Part shown: positions 23,546 through 36,100 of the stretch, piece by piece
Numbering within the stretch: position 1 is the first letter of the stretch
How the letters are laid out: each line of letters opens with the position of its first letter
NCBI GenBank assembly: GCA_964016885.1
Contig: OZ024740.1
Span: 31,310,001-31,374,000, forward strand
Direction of reading: 5' to 3'
Length of the DNA: 64,000 bases
From: Eledone cirrhosa
Lineage: Eukaryota
Position numbers and translations under genes: made by a program
Notes under the pieces: generated by a model
Databases searched by the model: none
The model's input: the letters and a program-made list of their open reading frames with translations, nothing else
Told to the model about the DNA's origin: nothing

Positions 23546-23692
23546 GAGTGGATATTATGGCTACAGATTACAATAACATGAATTCTATTCAAGTTGCAAT
23601 GCTATTTGGAAAGCCTGCTGTTGAAAAGCAGTTGGGTGCTATACTAGCAGAACAGAAACATGAAAAAAGGATGAAAAGGAATATGCCTGCAA
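23546..23692 (+). CDS. ANKRD60: ANKRD60-like gene, exon D
   Basis: Acceptor ttgatttcag|, donor |gtaagt, 147 bp, phase 1-1. Encodes (G)VDIMATDYNNMNSIQVAMLFGKPAVEKQLGAILAEQKHEKRMKRNMPA, which completes the ankyrin repeat. Confidence 0.85.
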
Positions 23693-23946
23693 GTAAGTCG
23701 AATTGAATTATGAGCAGGTGAGAAATGTTTAGTCATTTATTGATATATTTTCCAGATTGGGACACCTGTCTATTGCAGCTTTTTACCATGACAAATACAA
23801 TAGACTAATTGTAGAGACAGAAAGGAATCTTTCAAGACACTTGACATTTTGAAAGGCATATATTTATTGAATAGAGAAATTGCATAATTTATTTTTTTAA
23901 AACTAATAAGGACATTTACAATGTTAAACTTGTTATTATTTAAAAG

Positions 23947-24170
23947 GTGCTAGAAACAGTAAAATTGCTAAAGAAGAGAAAAGAAAAAGGGAAGTAGTTA
24001 AAGAAAAGAAAATGGAAAAAACTGATGTTGTTAAAAAAGTGTTTGTATCATTTGGCATCAATTTCTATATATTTGCATTAGCCACCAACTTTTGGTCTCC
24101 AGACATGCTGTCTATTTCTCTGCCCCTTCTACCATTATTTCAATGGTTTCTGTTTCTTAGAGCTTGCTAG
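23947..24170 (+). CDS. ANKRD60: ANKRD60-like gene, putative exon E (K/E-rich; 3' end uncertain)
   Basis: Acceptor ttattatttaaaag| is phase-compatible and encodes (S)ARNSKIAKEEKRKREVVKEKKMEKTDVVKK. It either splices out near 24038-24040 or reads on (VFVSFGINF...LRAC) to TAG at 24168-24170. Confidence 0.5.
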
Positions 24171-24189
24171 GGTCATACTACTTTCCCTC

Positions 24190-27100
24190 CTCCCTCTGGT
24201 CCACAGATATACTGTCTCCATCCTCTGGTCCACAGACATACTGTCTCCTCCCTCTGGTCCACAGACATACAGTCTCCATCCTCTGGTCCACAGACATACT
24301 GTCTCCATCCTCTGGTCCACAGACATACTGTCTCCTTCCTCTGGTCCACAGACATACTGTCTCCATCCTCTGGTCCACAGACATACAGTCTCCATCCTCT
24401 GGTCCACAGACATACTGTCTCCTCCCTCTGGTCCACAGACATACTGTCTCCTTCCTCTGGTCCACAGACATACTGTCTCCATCCTCTGGTCCACAGACAT
24501 ACTGTCTCCATCCTCTGGTCCACAGACATACTGTCTCCATCCTCTGGTCCACAGACATACTGTCTCCATCCTCTGGTCCACAGACATACTGTCTCCATCC
24601 TCTGGTCCACAGACATACTGTCTCCATCCTCTGGTCCACAGACATACTGTCTCCTCCCTCTGGTCCACAGACATACTGTCTCCACCCTCTGGTCCACAGA
24701 CATACTGTCTCCTTCCTCTGGTCCACAGACATACTGTCTCCATCCTCTGGTCCACAGACATAGTGTCTCCTTCCTCTGGTCCACAGACATACTGTCTCCA
24801 TCCTCTGGTCCACAGACATACTGTCTCCTCCCTCTGGTCCACAGACATACTGTCTCCATCCTCTGGTCCACTGACATACTGTCTCCTCCCTCTGGTCCAC
24901 AGACATACTGTCTCCTCCCTCTGGTCCACAGACATACTGTCTCCTTTCCCTGGTCCACAGACATACTGTCTCCTCCCTCTGGTCCACAGACATACTGTCT
25001 CCTTTCTCTGGTCCACAGACATACTGTCTCCTTCCTCTGGTCCACAGACATACTGTCTCCTCCCTCTGGTCCACAGACATACAGTCTCCATCCTCTGGTC
25101 CACAGACATACTGTCTCCATCCTCTGGTCCACAGACATACTGTCTCCTTCCTCTGGTCCACAGACATACTGTCTCCATCCTCTGGTCCACAGACATACAG
25201 TCTCCATCCTCTGGTCCACAGACATACTGTCTCCTCCCTCTGGTCCACAGACATACTGTCTCCTTCCTCTGGTCCACAGACATACTGTCTCCATCCTCTG
25301 GTCCACAGACATACTGTCTCCATCCTCTGGTCCACAGACATACTGTCTCCATCCTCTGGTCCACAGACATACTGTCTCCATCCTCTGGTCCACAGACATA
25401 CTGTCTCCATCCTCTGGTCCACAGACATACTGTCTCCATCCTCTGGTCCACAGACATACTGTCTCCTCCCTCTGGTCCACAGACATACTGTCTCCACCCT
25501 CTGGTCCACAGACATACTGTCTCCTTCCTCTGGTCCACAGACATACTGTCTCCATCCTCTGGTCCACAGACATAGTGTCTCCTTCCTCTGGTCCACAGAC
25601 ATACTGTCTCCATCCTCTGGTCCACAGACATACTGTCTCCTCCCTCTGGTCCACAGACATACTGTCTCCATCCTCTGGTCCACTGACATACTGTCTCCTC
25701 CCTCTGGTCCACAGACATACTGTCTCCTTCCTCTGGTCCACAGACATACTGTCTCCTCCCTCTGGTCCACAGACATACTGTCTCCTTCCTCTGGTCCACA
25801 GACATACTGTCTCCATCCTCTGGTCCACAGACATACTGTCTCCTCCCTCTGGTCCACAGACATACTGTCTCCATCCTCTGGTCCACAGACATACTGTCAC
25901 CTCCCTCTGGTCCACAGACATACTGTCACCTTCCTCTGGTCCACAGACATACTGTCTCCATCCTCTGGTCCACAGACATACTGTCTCCTCCCTCTGGTCC
26001 ACAGACATACTGTCTCCACCCTCTGGTCCACAGACATACTGTCTCCATCCTCTGGTCCACAGACATACTGTCTCCTCCCTCTGGTCCACAGACATACTGT
26101 CTCCATCCTCTGATCCACAGACATACTGTCTCCTCCCTCTGGTCCACAGACATACTGTCTCCACCCTCTGGTCCACAGACATACTGTCTCCTTCCTCTGA
26201 TCCACAGGCATACTGTCTCCTCCCTCTGATCCACAGACATACTGTCTCCTTCCTCTGGTCCACAGACATACTGTCTCCTTCCCCTGGTCCACAGACATAC
26301 TGTCTCCTCCCTCTGGTCCACAGACATACTGTCTCCTTCCTCTGGTCCACAGACATACTGTCTCCATCCTCTGGTCCGCAGACATACTATCTCCTCCCTC
26401 TGGTCCACAGACATACTGTCTCCTTCCTCTGGTCCACAGACATACTGTCTCCTCCCTCTGGTCCACAGACATACTGTCTCCTACCTCTGGTCCACAGACA
26501 TACTGTCTCCTACCTCTGGTCCACAGACATACTGTCTCCATCCTCTGGTCCACAGACATACTGTCTCCATCCTCTGGTCCACAGACATACTGTCTCCTTC
26601 CTCTGGTCCACAGACATATTGTCTCCCACCCCCCTGGTCCACAGACATACTGCTCCATCCTCTGGTCCACAAACATACTGTCTCCTTCCTCTGGTCCACA
26701 GACATACTGTCTCCTTCCTCTGATCCACAGACATACTGTCTCCTTCCTCTGGTCCACAGACATACTGTCTCCTTTCTCTGGTCCACAGACATACTGTCTC
26801 CTTCCTCTGGTCCACAGACATGCTGTCTCCATCCTCTGGTCCACAGACATACTGTCTCCTTCCTCTGGTCCACAGACATACTGTCTCCTTCCTCTGGTCC
26901 ACAGACATACTGTCTCCTCCCTCTGGTCCACAGACATACTGTCTCCTCCCTCTGGTCCACAGACATACTGTCTCCTCCCTCTGGTCCACAGACATACTGT
27001 CTCCCCCCTCTGGTCCACAGACATACTGTCTTCTCCCTCTGGTCCACAGACATACTGTCTCCATCCTCTGGTCCACAGACATACTGTCTCCATCCTCTGG

Positions 27101-30100
27101 TCCACAGACATACTGTCTCCTTCCTCTGGTCCACAGACATATTGTCTCCCACCCCCCTGGTCCACAGACATACTGCTCCATCCTCTGGTCCACAAACATA
27201 CTGTCTCCTTCCTCTGGTCCACAGACATACTGTCTCCTTCCTCTGATCCACAGACATACTGTCTCCTTCCTCTGGTCCACAGACATACTGTCTCCTTTCT
27301 CTGGTCCACAGACATACTGTCTCCTTCCTCTGGTCCACAGACATACTGTCTCCTTCCTCTGGTCCACAGACATACTGTCTCCTCCCTCTGGTCCACAGAC
27401 ATACTGTCTCCATCCTCTGGTTCACAGACATACTGTCTCCTTTCCCTGGTCCACAGACATACTGTCTCCTTCCTCTAGTCCACAGACATACTGTCTCCTA
27501 CCTCTGGTCCACAGACATACTGTCTCCTCCCTCTGGTCCACAGACATACTGTCTCCTCCCTCTGGTCCACAGACATACTGTCTCCTCCCTCTGGTCCACA
27601 GACATACTGTCTCCTCCCTCTGGTCCACAGACATACTGTCTCCTTCCCCTGGTCCACAGACATACTGTCTCCATCCTCTGGTCCACAGACATACTGTCTC
27701 CATCCTCTGGTCCACAGACATACTGTCTCCTACCTCTGGTCCACAGACATACTGTCTCCATCCTCTGGTCCACAGACATACTGTCTCCTCCCTCTGGTCC
27801 ACAGACATACTGTCTCCTCCCTCTGGTCCACAGACATACTGTCTCCTCCCTCTGGTCCACAGACATACTGTCTCCCCCCTCTGGTCCACAGACATACTGT
27901 CTTCTCCCTCTGGTCCACAGACATACTGTCTCCATCCTCTGGTCCACAGACATACTGTCTCCATCCTCTGGTCCACAGACATACTGTCTCCTTCCTCTGG
28001 TCCACAGACATATTGTCTCCCACCCCCCTGGTCCACAGACATACTGCTCCATCCTCTGGTCCACAAACATACTGTCTCCTTCCTCTGGTCCACAGACATA
28101 CTGTCTCCTTCCTCTGATCCACAGACATACTGTCTCCTTCCTCTGGTCCACAGACATACTGTCTCCTTTCTCTGGTCCACAGACATACTGTCTCCTTCCT
28201 CTGGTCCACAGACATACTGTCTCCTTCCTCTGGTCCACAGACATACTGTCTCCTCCCTCTGGTCCACAGACATACTGTCTCCATCCTCTGGTTCACAGAC
28301 ATACTGTCTCCTTTCCCTGGTCCACAGACATACTGTCTCCTTCCTCTAGTCCACAGACATGCTGTCTCCTCCCTCTGGTCCACAGACATACTGTCTCCTC
28401 CCTCTGGTCCACAGACATACTGTCTCCTCCCTCTGGTCCACAGACATACTGTCTCCTTTCCCTGGTCCACAGACATACTGTCTCCTCCCTCTGGTCCACA
28501 GACATACTGTCTCCTTCTTCTGGTCCACAGACATACTGTCTACATCCTCTGGTCCACAGACATACTGTCTCCTTCCTCTGGTCCACAGACATACTGTCTC
28601 CTTCCTCTGGTCCACAGACATACTGTCTCCATCCTCTGGTCCACAGACATACTGTCTCCTCCCTCTGGTCCACAGACATACTGTCTCCTCCCTCTGGTCC
28701 ACAGACATACTGTCTCCTCCATCTGGTCCACAGACATACTGTCTCCTTCCTCTGGTCCACAGACATACTGTCTCCTCCCTCTGGTCCACAGACATACTGT
28801 CTCCATCCTCTGGTCCACAGACATACTGTCTCCTTCCTCTGGTCCACAGACATACTGTCTCCTCCCTCTGGTCCACAGACATACTGTCTCCTCCCTCTGG
28901 TCCACAGACATACTGTCTCCTCCCTCTGGTCCACAGACATACTGTCTCCATCCTCTGGTCCACAGACATACTGTCTCCTTCCCCTGCTCCACAGACATAC
29001 TGTCTCCATCCTCTGGTCCACAGACATACTGTCTCCTCCCTCTGGTCCACAGACATACTGTCTCCATCCTCTGGTCCACAGACATACTGTCTCCATCCTC
29101 TGGTCCACAGACATACTGTCTCCTTCCCCTGGTCCAGAGACACACTGTCTCCTTCCTCTGGTCCACAGACACACTGTCTCCTCCCTCTGGTCCACAGACA
29201 TACTGTCTCCTTCCTCTGGTCCACAGACATACTGTCTCCTCCCTCTGGTCCACAGACATACTGTCTCCCCCCTCTGGTCCACAGACATACTGTCTCCATC
29301 CTCTGGTCCACAGACATACTGTCTCCTCCCTCTGGTCCACAGACATACTGTCTCCTTTTTCTGGTCCACAGACATACTGTCTCCTTCCTCTGGTCCACAG
29401 ACATACTGTCTCCTTCCTCTGGTCCACAGACATACTGTCTCCTTCCTCTGGTCCACAGACATACTGTCTCCTCCATCTGGTCCACAGACATACTGTCTCC
29501 TTCCTCTGGTCCACAGACATACTGTCCCCTTCCTCTGGTGCACAGACATACTGTCTCCTCCCTCTGGTCCACAGACATACTGTCTCCTCCCTCTGGTCCA
29601 CAGACATACTGTCTCCTCCCTCTGGTCCACAGACATACTGTCTCCTCCCTCTGGTCCACAGACATACTGTCTCCTTCCTCTGGTCCACAGACATACTGTC
29701 TCCTTCCTCTGGTCCACAGACATACTGTCTCCTCATCTCTGGTCCACAGACATACTGTCTCCTCCCTCAGGTCCACAGACATACTGTCTCCTCCCTCTGG
29801 TCCACAGACATACTGTCTCCTTCCTCTGGTCCACAGACATACTGTCTCCTCCCTCTGGTCCACAGACATACTGTCTCCATCCTCTGGTCCACAGACATAC
29901 TGTCTCCTTCCTCTGGTCCACAGACATACTGTCTCCTCCCTCTGGTCCACAGACATACTGTCTCCATCCTCTGGTCCACAGACATACTGTCTCCTTCCTC
30001 TGGTCCACAGACATACTGTCTCCTTCCTCTGGTCCACAGACATACTGTCTCCTTCCCCTGGTTCACAGACATACTGTCTCCATCCTCTGGTCCACAGACA

Positions 30101-33100
30101 TACTGTCTCCTCCCTCTGGTCCACAGACATACTGTCTCCATCCTCTGGTCCACAGACATACTGTCACCTCCCTCTGGTCCACAGACATACTGTCACCTTC
30201 CTCTGGTCCACAGACATACTGTCTCCATCCTCTGGTCCACAGACATACTGTCTCCTCCCTCTGGTCCACAGACATACTGTCTCCACCCTCTGGTCCACAG
30301 ACATACTGTCTCCATCCTCTGGTCCACAGACATACTGTCTCCTCCCTCTGGTCCACAGACATACTGTCTCCATCCTCTGATCCACAGACATACTGTCTCC
30401 TCCCTCTGGTCCACAGACATACTGTCTCCACCCTCTGGTCCACAGACATACTGTCTCCTTCCTCTGATCCACAGGCATACTGTCTCCTCCCTCTGATCCA
30501 CAGACATACTGTCTCCTTCCTCTGGTCCACAGACATACTGTCTCCTTCCCCTGGTCCACAGACATACTGTCTCCTCCCTCTGGTCCACAGACATACTGTC
30601 TCCTTCCTCTGGTCCACAGACATACTGTCTCCATCCTCTGGTCCGCAGACATACTATCTCCTCCCTCTGGTCCACAGACATACTGTCTCCTTCCTCTGGT
30701 CCACAGACATACTGTCTCCTCCCTCTGGTCCACAGACATACTGTCTCCTACCTCTGGTCCACAGACATACTGTCTCCTACCTCTGGTCCACAGACATACT
30801 GTCTCCATCCTCTGGTCCACAGACATACTGTCTCCATCCTCTGGTCCACAGACATACTGTCTCCTTCCTCTGGTCCACAGACATATTGTCTCCCACCCCC
30901 CTGGTCCACAGACATACTGCTCCATCCTCTGGTCCACAAACATACTGTCTCCTTCCTCTGGTCCACAGACATACTGTCTCCTTCCTCTGATCCACAGACA
31001 TACTGTCTCCTTCCTCTGGTCCACAGACATACTGTCTCCTTTCTCTGGTCCACAGACATACTGTCTCCTTCCTCTGGTCCACAGACATGCTGTCTCCATA
31101 CTCTGGTCCACAGACATACTGTCTCCTTCCTCTGGTCCACAGACATACTGTCTCCTTCCTCTGGTCCACAGACATACTGTCTCCTCCCTCTGGTCCACAG
31201 ACATACTGTCTCCTCCCTCTGGTCCACAGACATACTGTCTCCTCCCTCTGGTCCACAGACATACTGTCTCCCCCCTCTGGTCCACAGACATACTGTCTTC
31301 TCCCTCTGGTCCACAGACATACTGTCTCCATCCTCTGGTCCACAGACATACTGTCTCCATCCTCTGGTCCACAGACATACTGTCTCCTTCCTCTGGTCCA
31401 CAGACATATTGTCTCCCACCCCCCTGGTCCACAGACATACTGCTCCATCCTCTGGTCCACAAACATACTGTCTCCTTCCTCTGGTCCACAGACATACTGT
31501 CTCCTTCCTCTGATCCACAGACATACTGTCTCCTTCCTCTGGTCCACAGACATACTGTCTCCTTTCTCTGGTCCACAGACATACTGTCTCCTTCGTCTGG
31601 TCCACAGACATACTGTCTCCTTCCTCTGGTCCACAGACATACTGTCTCCTCCCTCTGGTCCACAGACATACTGTCTCCATCCTCTGGTTCACAGACATAC
31701 TGTCTCCTTTCCCTGGTCCACAGACATACTGTCTCCTTCCTCTAGTCCACAGACATACTGTCTCCTACCTCTGGTCCACAGACATACTGTCTCCTCCCTC
31801 TGGTCCACAGACATACTGTCTCCTCCCTCTGGTCCACAGACATACTGTCTCCTCCCTCTGGTCCACAGACATACTGTCTCCTCCCTCTGGTCCACAGACA
31901 TACTGTCTCCTTCCCCTGGTCCACAGACATACTGTCTCCATCCTCTGGTCCACAGACATACTGTCTCCATCCTCTGGTCCACAGACATACTGTCTCCTAC
32001 CTCTGGTCCACAGACATACTGTCTCCATCCTCTGGTCCACAGACATACTGTCTCCTCCCTCTGGTCCACAGACATACTGTCTCCTCCCTCTGGTCCACAG
32101 ACATACTGTCTCCTCCCTCTGGTCCACAGACATACTGTCTCCCCCCTCTGGTCCACAGACATACTGTCTTCTCCCTCTGGTCCACAGACATACTGTCTCC
32201 ATCCTCTGGTCCACAGACATACTGTCTCCATCCTCTGGTCCACAGACATATTGTCTCCCACCCCCCTGGTCCACAGACATACTGCTCCATCCTCTGGTCC
32301 ACAAACATACTGTCTCCTTCCTCTGGTCCACAGACATACTGTCTCCTTCCTCTGATCCACAGACATACTGTCTCCTTCCTCTGGTCCACAGACATACTGT
32401 CTCCTTTCTCTGGTCCACAGACATACTGTCTCCTTCCTCTGGTCCACAGACATACTGTCTCCTTCCTCTGGTCCACAGACATACTGTCTCCTCCCTCTGG
32501 TCCACAGACATACTGTCTCCATCCTCTGGTTCACAGACATACTGTCTCCTTTCCCTGGTCCACAGACATACTGTCTCCTTCCTCTAGTCCACAGACATGC
32601 TGTCTCCTCCCTCTGGTCCACAGACATACTGTCTCCTCCCTCTGGTCCACAGACATACTGTCTCCTCCCTCTGGTCCACAGACATACTGTCTCCTTTCCC
32701 TGGTCCACAGACATACTGTCTCCTCCCTCTGGTCCACAGACATACTGTCTCCTTCTTCTGGTCCACAGACATACTGTCTACATCCTCTGGTCCACAGACA
32801 TACTGTCTCCTTCCTCTGGTCCACAGACATACTGTCTCCTTCCTCTGGTCCACAGACATACTGTCTCCATCCTCTGGTCCACAGACATACTGTCTCCTCC
32901 CTCTGGTCCACAGACATACTGTCTCCTCCCTCTGGTCCACAGACATACTGTCTCCTCCATCTGGTCCACAGACATACTGTCTCCTTCCTCTGGTCCACAG
33001 ACATACTGTCTCCTCCCTCTGGTCCACAGACATACTGTCTCCATCCTCTGGTCCACAGACATACTGTCTCCTTCCTCTGGTCCACAGACATACTGTCTCC

Positions 33101-36100
33101 TCCCTCTGGTCCACAGACATACTGTCTCCTCCCTCTGGTCCACAGACATACTGTCTCCTCCCTCTGGTCCACAGACATACTGTCTCCATCCTCTGGTCCA
33201 CAGACATACTGTCTCCTTCCCCTGCTCCACAGACATACTGTCTCCATCCTCTGGTCCACAGACATACTGTCTCCTCCCTCTGGTCCACAGACATACTGTC
33301 TCCATCCTCTGGTCCACAGACATACTGTCTCCATCCTCTGGTCCACAGACATACTGTCTCCTTCCCCTGGTCCAGAGACACACTGTCTCCTTCCTCTGGT
33401 CCACAGACACACTGTCTCCTCCCTCTGGTCCACAGACATACTGTCTCCTTCCTCTGGTCCACAGACATACTGTCTCCTCCCTCTGGTCCACAGACATACT
33501 GTCTCCCCCCTCTGGTCCACAGACATACTGTCTCCATCCTCTGGTCCACAGACATACTGTCTCCTCCCTCTGGTCCACAGACATACTGTCTCCTTTTTCT
33601 GGTCCACAGACATACTGTCTCCTTCCTCTGGTCCACAGACATACTGTCTCCTTCCTCTGGTCCACAGACATACTGTCTCCTTCCTCTGGTCCACAGACAT
33701 ACTGTCTCCTCCATCTGGTCCACAGACATACTGTCTCCTTCCTCTGGTCCACAGACATACTGTCCCCTTCCTCTGGTGCACAGACATACTGTCTCCTCCC
33801 TCTGGTCCACAGACATACTGTCTCCTCCCTCTGGTCCACAGACATACTGTCTCCTCCCTCTGGTCCACAGACATACTGTCTCCTCCCTCTGGTCCACAGA
33901 CATACTGTCTCCTTCCTCTGGTCCACAGACATACTGTCTCCTTCCTCTGGTCCACAGACATACTGTCTCCTCATCTCTGGTCCACAGACATACTGTCTCC
34001 TCCCTCAGGTCCACAGACATACTGTCTCCTCCCTCTGGTCCACAGACATACTGTCTCCTTCCTCTGGTCCACAGACATACTGTCTCCTCCCTCTGGTCCA
34101 CAGACATACTGTCTCCATCCTCTGGTCCACAGACATACTGTCTCCTTCCTCTGGTCCACAGACATACTGTCTCCTCCCTCTGGTCCACAGACATACTGTC
34201 TCCATCCTCTGGTCCACAGACATACTGTCTCCTTCCTCTGGTCCACAGACATACTGTCTCCTTCCTCTGGTCCACAGACATACTGTCTCCTTCCCCTGGT
34301 TCACAGACATACTGTCTCCATCCTCTAGTCCACAGATATACTGTCTCCTCCCTCTGGTCCACAGACATACTGTCTCCATCCTCTGGTCCACAGACATACT
34401 GTCTCCTTCCCCTGGTCCACAGACATACTGTCTCCATCCTCTGGTCCACAGACATACTGTCTCCTTCCCCTGGTCCACAGACATACTGTCTCCTTCCTCT
34501 GGTCCACAGACACACTGTCTCCTTCCTCTGGTCCACAGACACACTGTCTCCTCCCTCTGGTCCACAGACATACTGTCTCCTCCCTCTGGTCCACAGTCAT
34601 AATATCTCCTTCCCCTGGTCCACAGACATACTGTCTCCTTCCTCTGGTCCACAGACACACTGTCTCCTTCCTCTGGTCCACAGACACACTGTCTCCTCCC
34701 TCTGGTTCACAGACATATGGTCTCCTTCCTCTGGTCCACAGACATACTGTCTCCTCCCTCTGGTCCACAGACATACTGTCTCCTCCCTCTGGTCCACAGA
34801 CATACTGTCTCCTCCCTCTGGTCCACAGACATACTGTCTCCTTCCTCTGGTCCACAGACATACTGTCTCCATCCTCTGGTCAACAGACATACTGTCTCCA
34901 CCCTCTGGTCCACAGACATACTGTCTCCATCCTCTGGTCCACAGACATACTGTCTCCTCCCTCTGGTCCACAGACATACTGTCTCCATCCTCTGGTCCAC
35001 AGACATACTGTCTCCATCCTGTGGTCAACAGACATACTGTCTCCATCCTCTGGTCAACAGACATACTGTCTCCACCCTCTGGTCCACAGACATACTGTCT
35101 CCTCCCTCTGGTCCACAGACATACTGTCTCCTCCCTCTGGTCCACAGACATACTGTCTCCTTCCTCTGGTCCACAGACATACTGTCTCCATCCTCTGGTC
35201 AACAGACATACTGTCTCCACCCTCTGGTCCACAGACATACTGTCTCCTCCCTCTGGTCCACAGACATACTGACTCATCCCTCTGGTCCACAGACATACTG
35301 TCTCCTTCCCCTGGTCCACAGACATACTGTCTCCATCCTCTGGTCCACAGACATACTGTCTCCATCCTCTGGTCCACAGACATACTGTCTCCTTCCTCTG
35401 GTCCACAGACATACTGTCTCCTTCCCCTGGTCCACAGACATACTGTCTCCATCCTCTGGTCCACAGACATACTGTCTCCATCCTCTGGTCCACAGACATA
35501 CTGTCTCCTTCCTCTGGTCCACAGACATACTGTCTCCTTCCTCTGGTCCACAGACATACTGTCTCCTCCCTCTGGTCCACAGACATACTGTCTCCATCCT
35601 CTGGTCCACAGACATAGTGTCTCCTTCCTCTGGTCCACAGACATACTGTCTCCTTCCTCTGGTCCACAGACATACTGTCTCCTCCCTCTGGTCCACAGAC
35701 ATACTGTCTCCTACCTCTGGTCCACAGACATACTGTCTCCTTTCTCTGGTCCACAGACATACTGTCTCCTTCCTCTGGTCCACAGACATGCTGTCTCCAT
35801 CCTCTGGTCCACAGACATACTGTCTCCTTCCTCTGGTCCACAGACATACTGTCTCCTTCCTCTGGTCCACAGACATACTGTCTCCTCCCTCTGGTCCACA
35901 GACATACTGTCTCCTCCCTCTGGTCCACAGACATACTGTCTCCTCCCTCTGGTCCACAGACATACTGTCTCCTTCCTCTGGTCCACAGACATACTGTCTC
36001 CTCCCTCTGGTCCACAGACATACTGTCTCCTCCCTCTGGTCCACAGACATACTGTCTCCTACCTCTGGTCCACAGACATACTGTCTCCTTTCTCTGGTCC

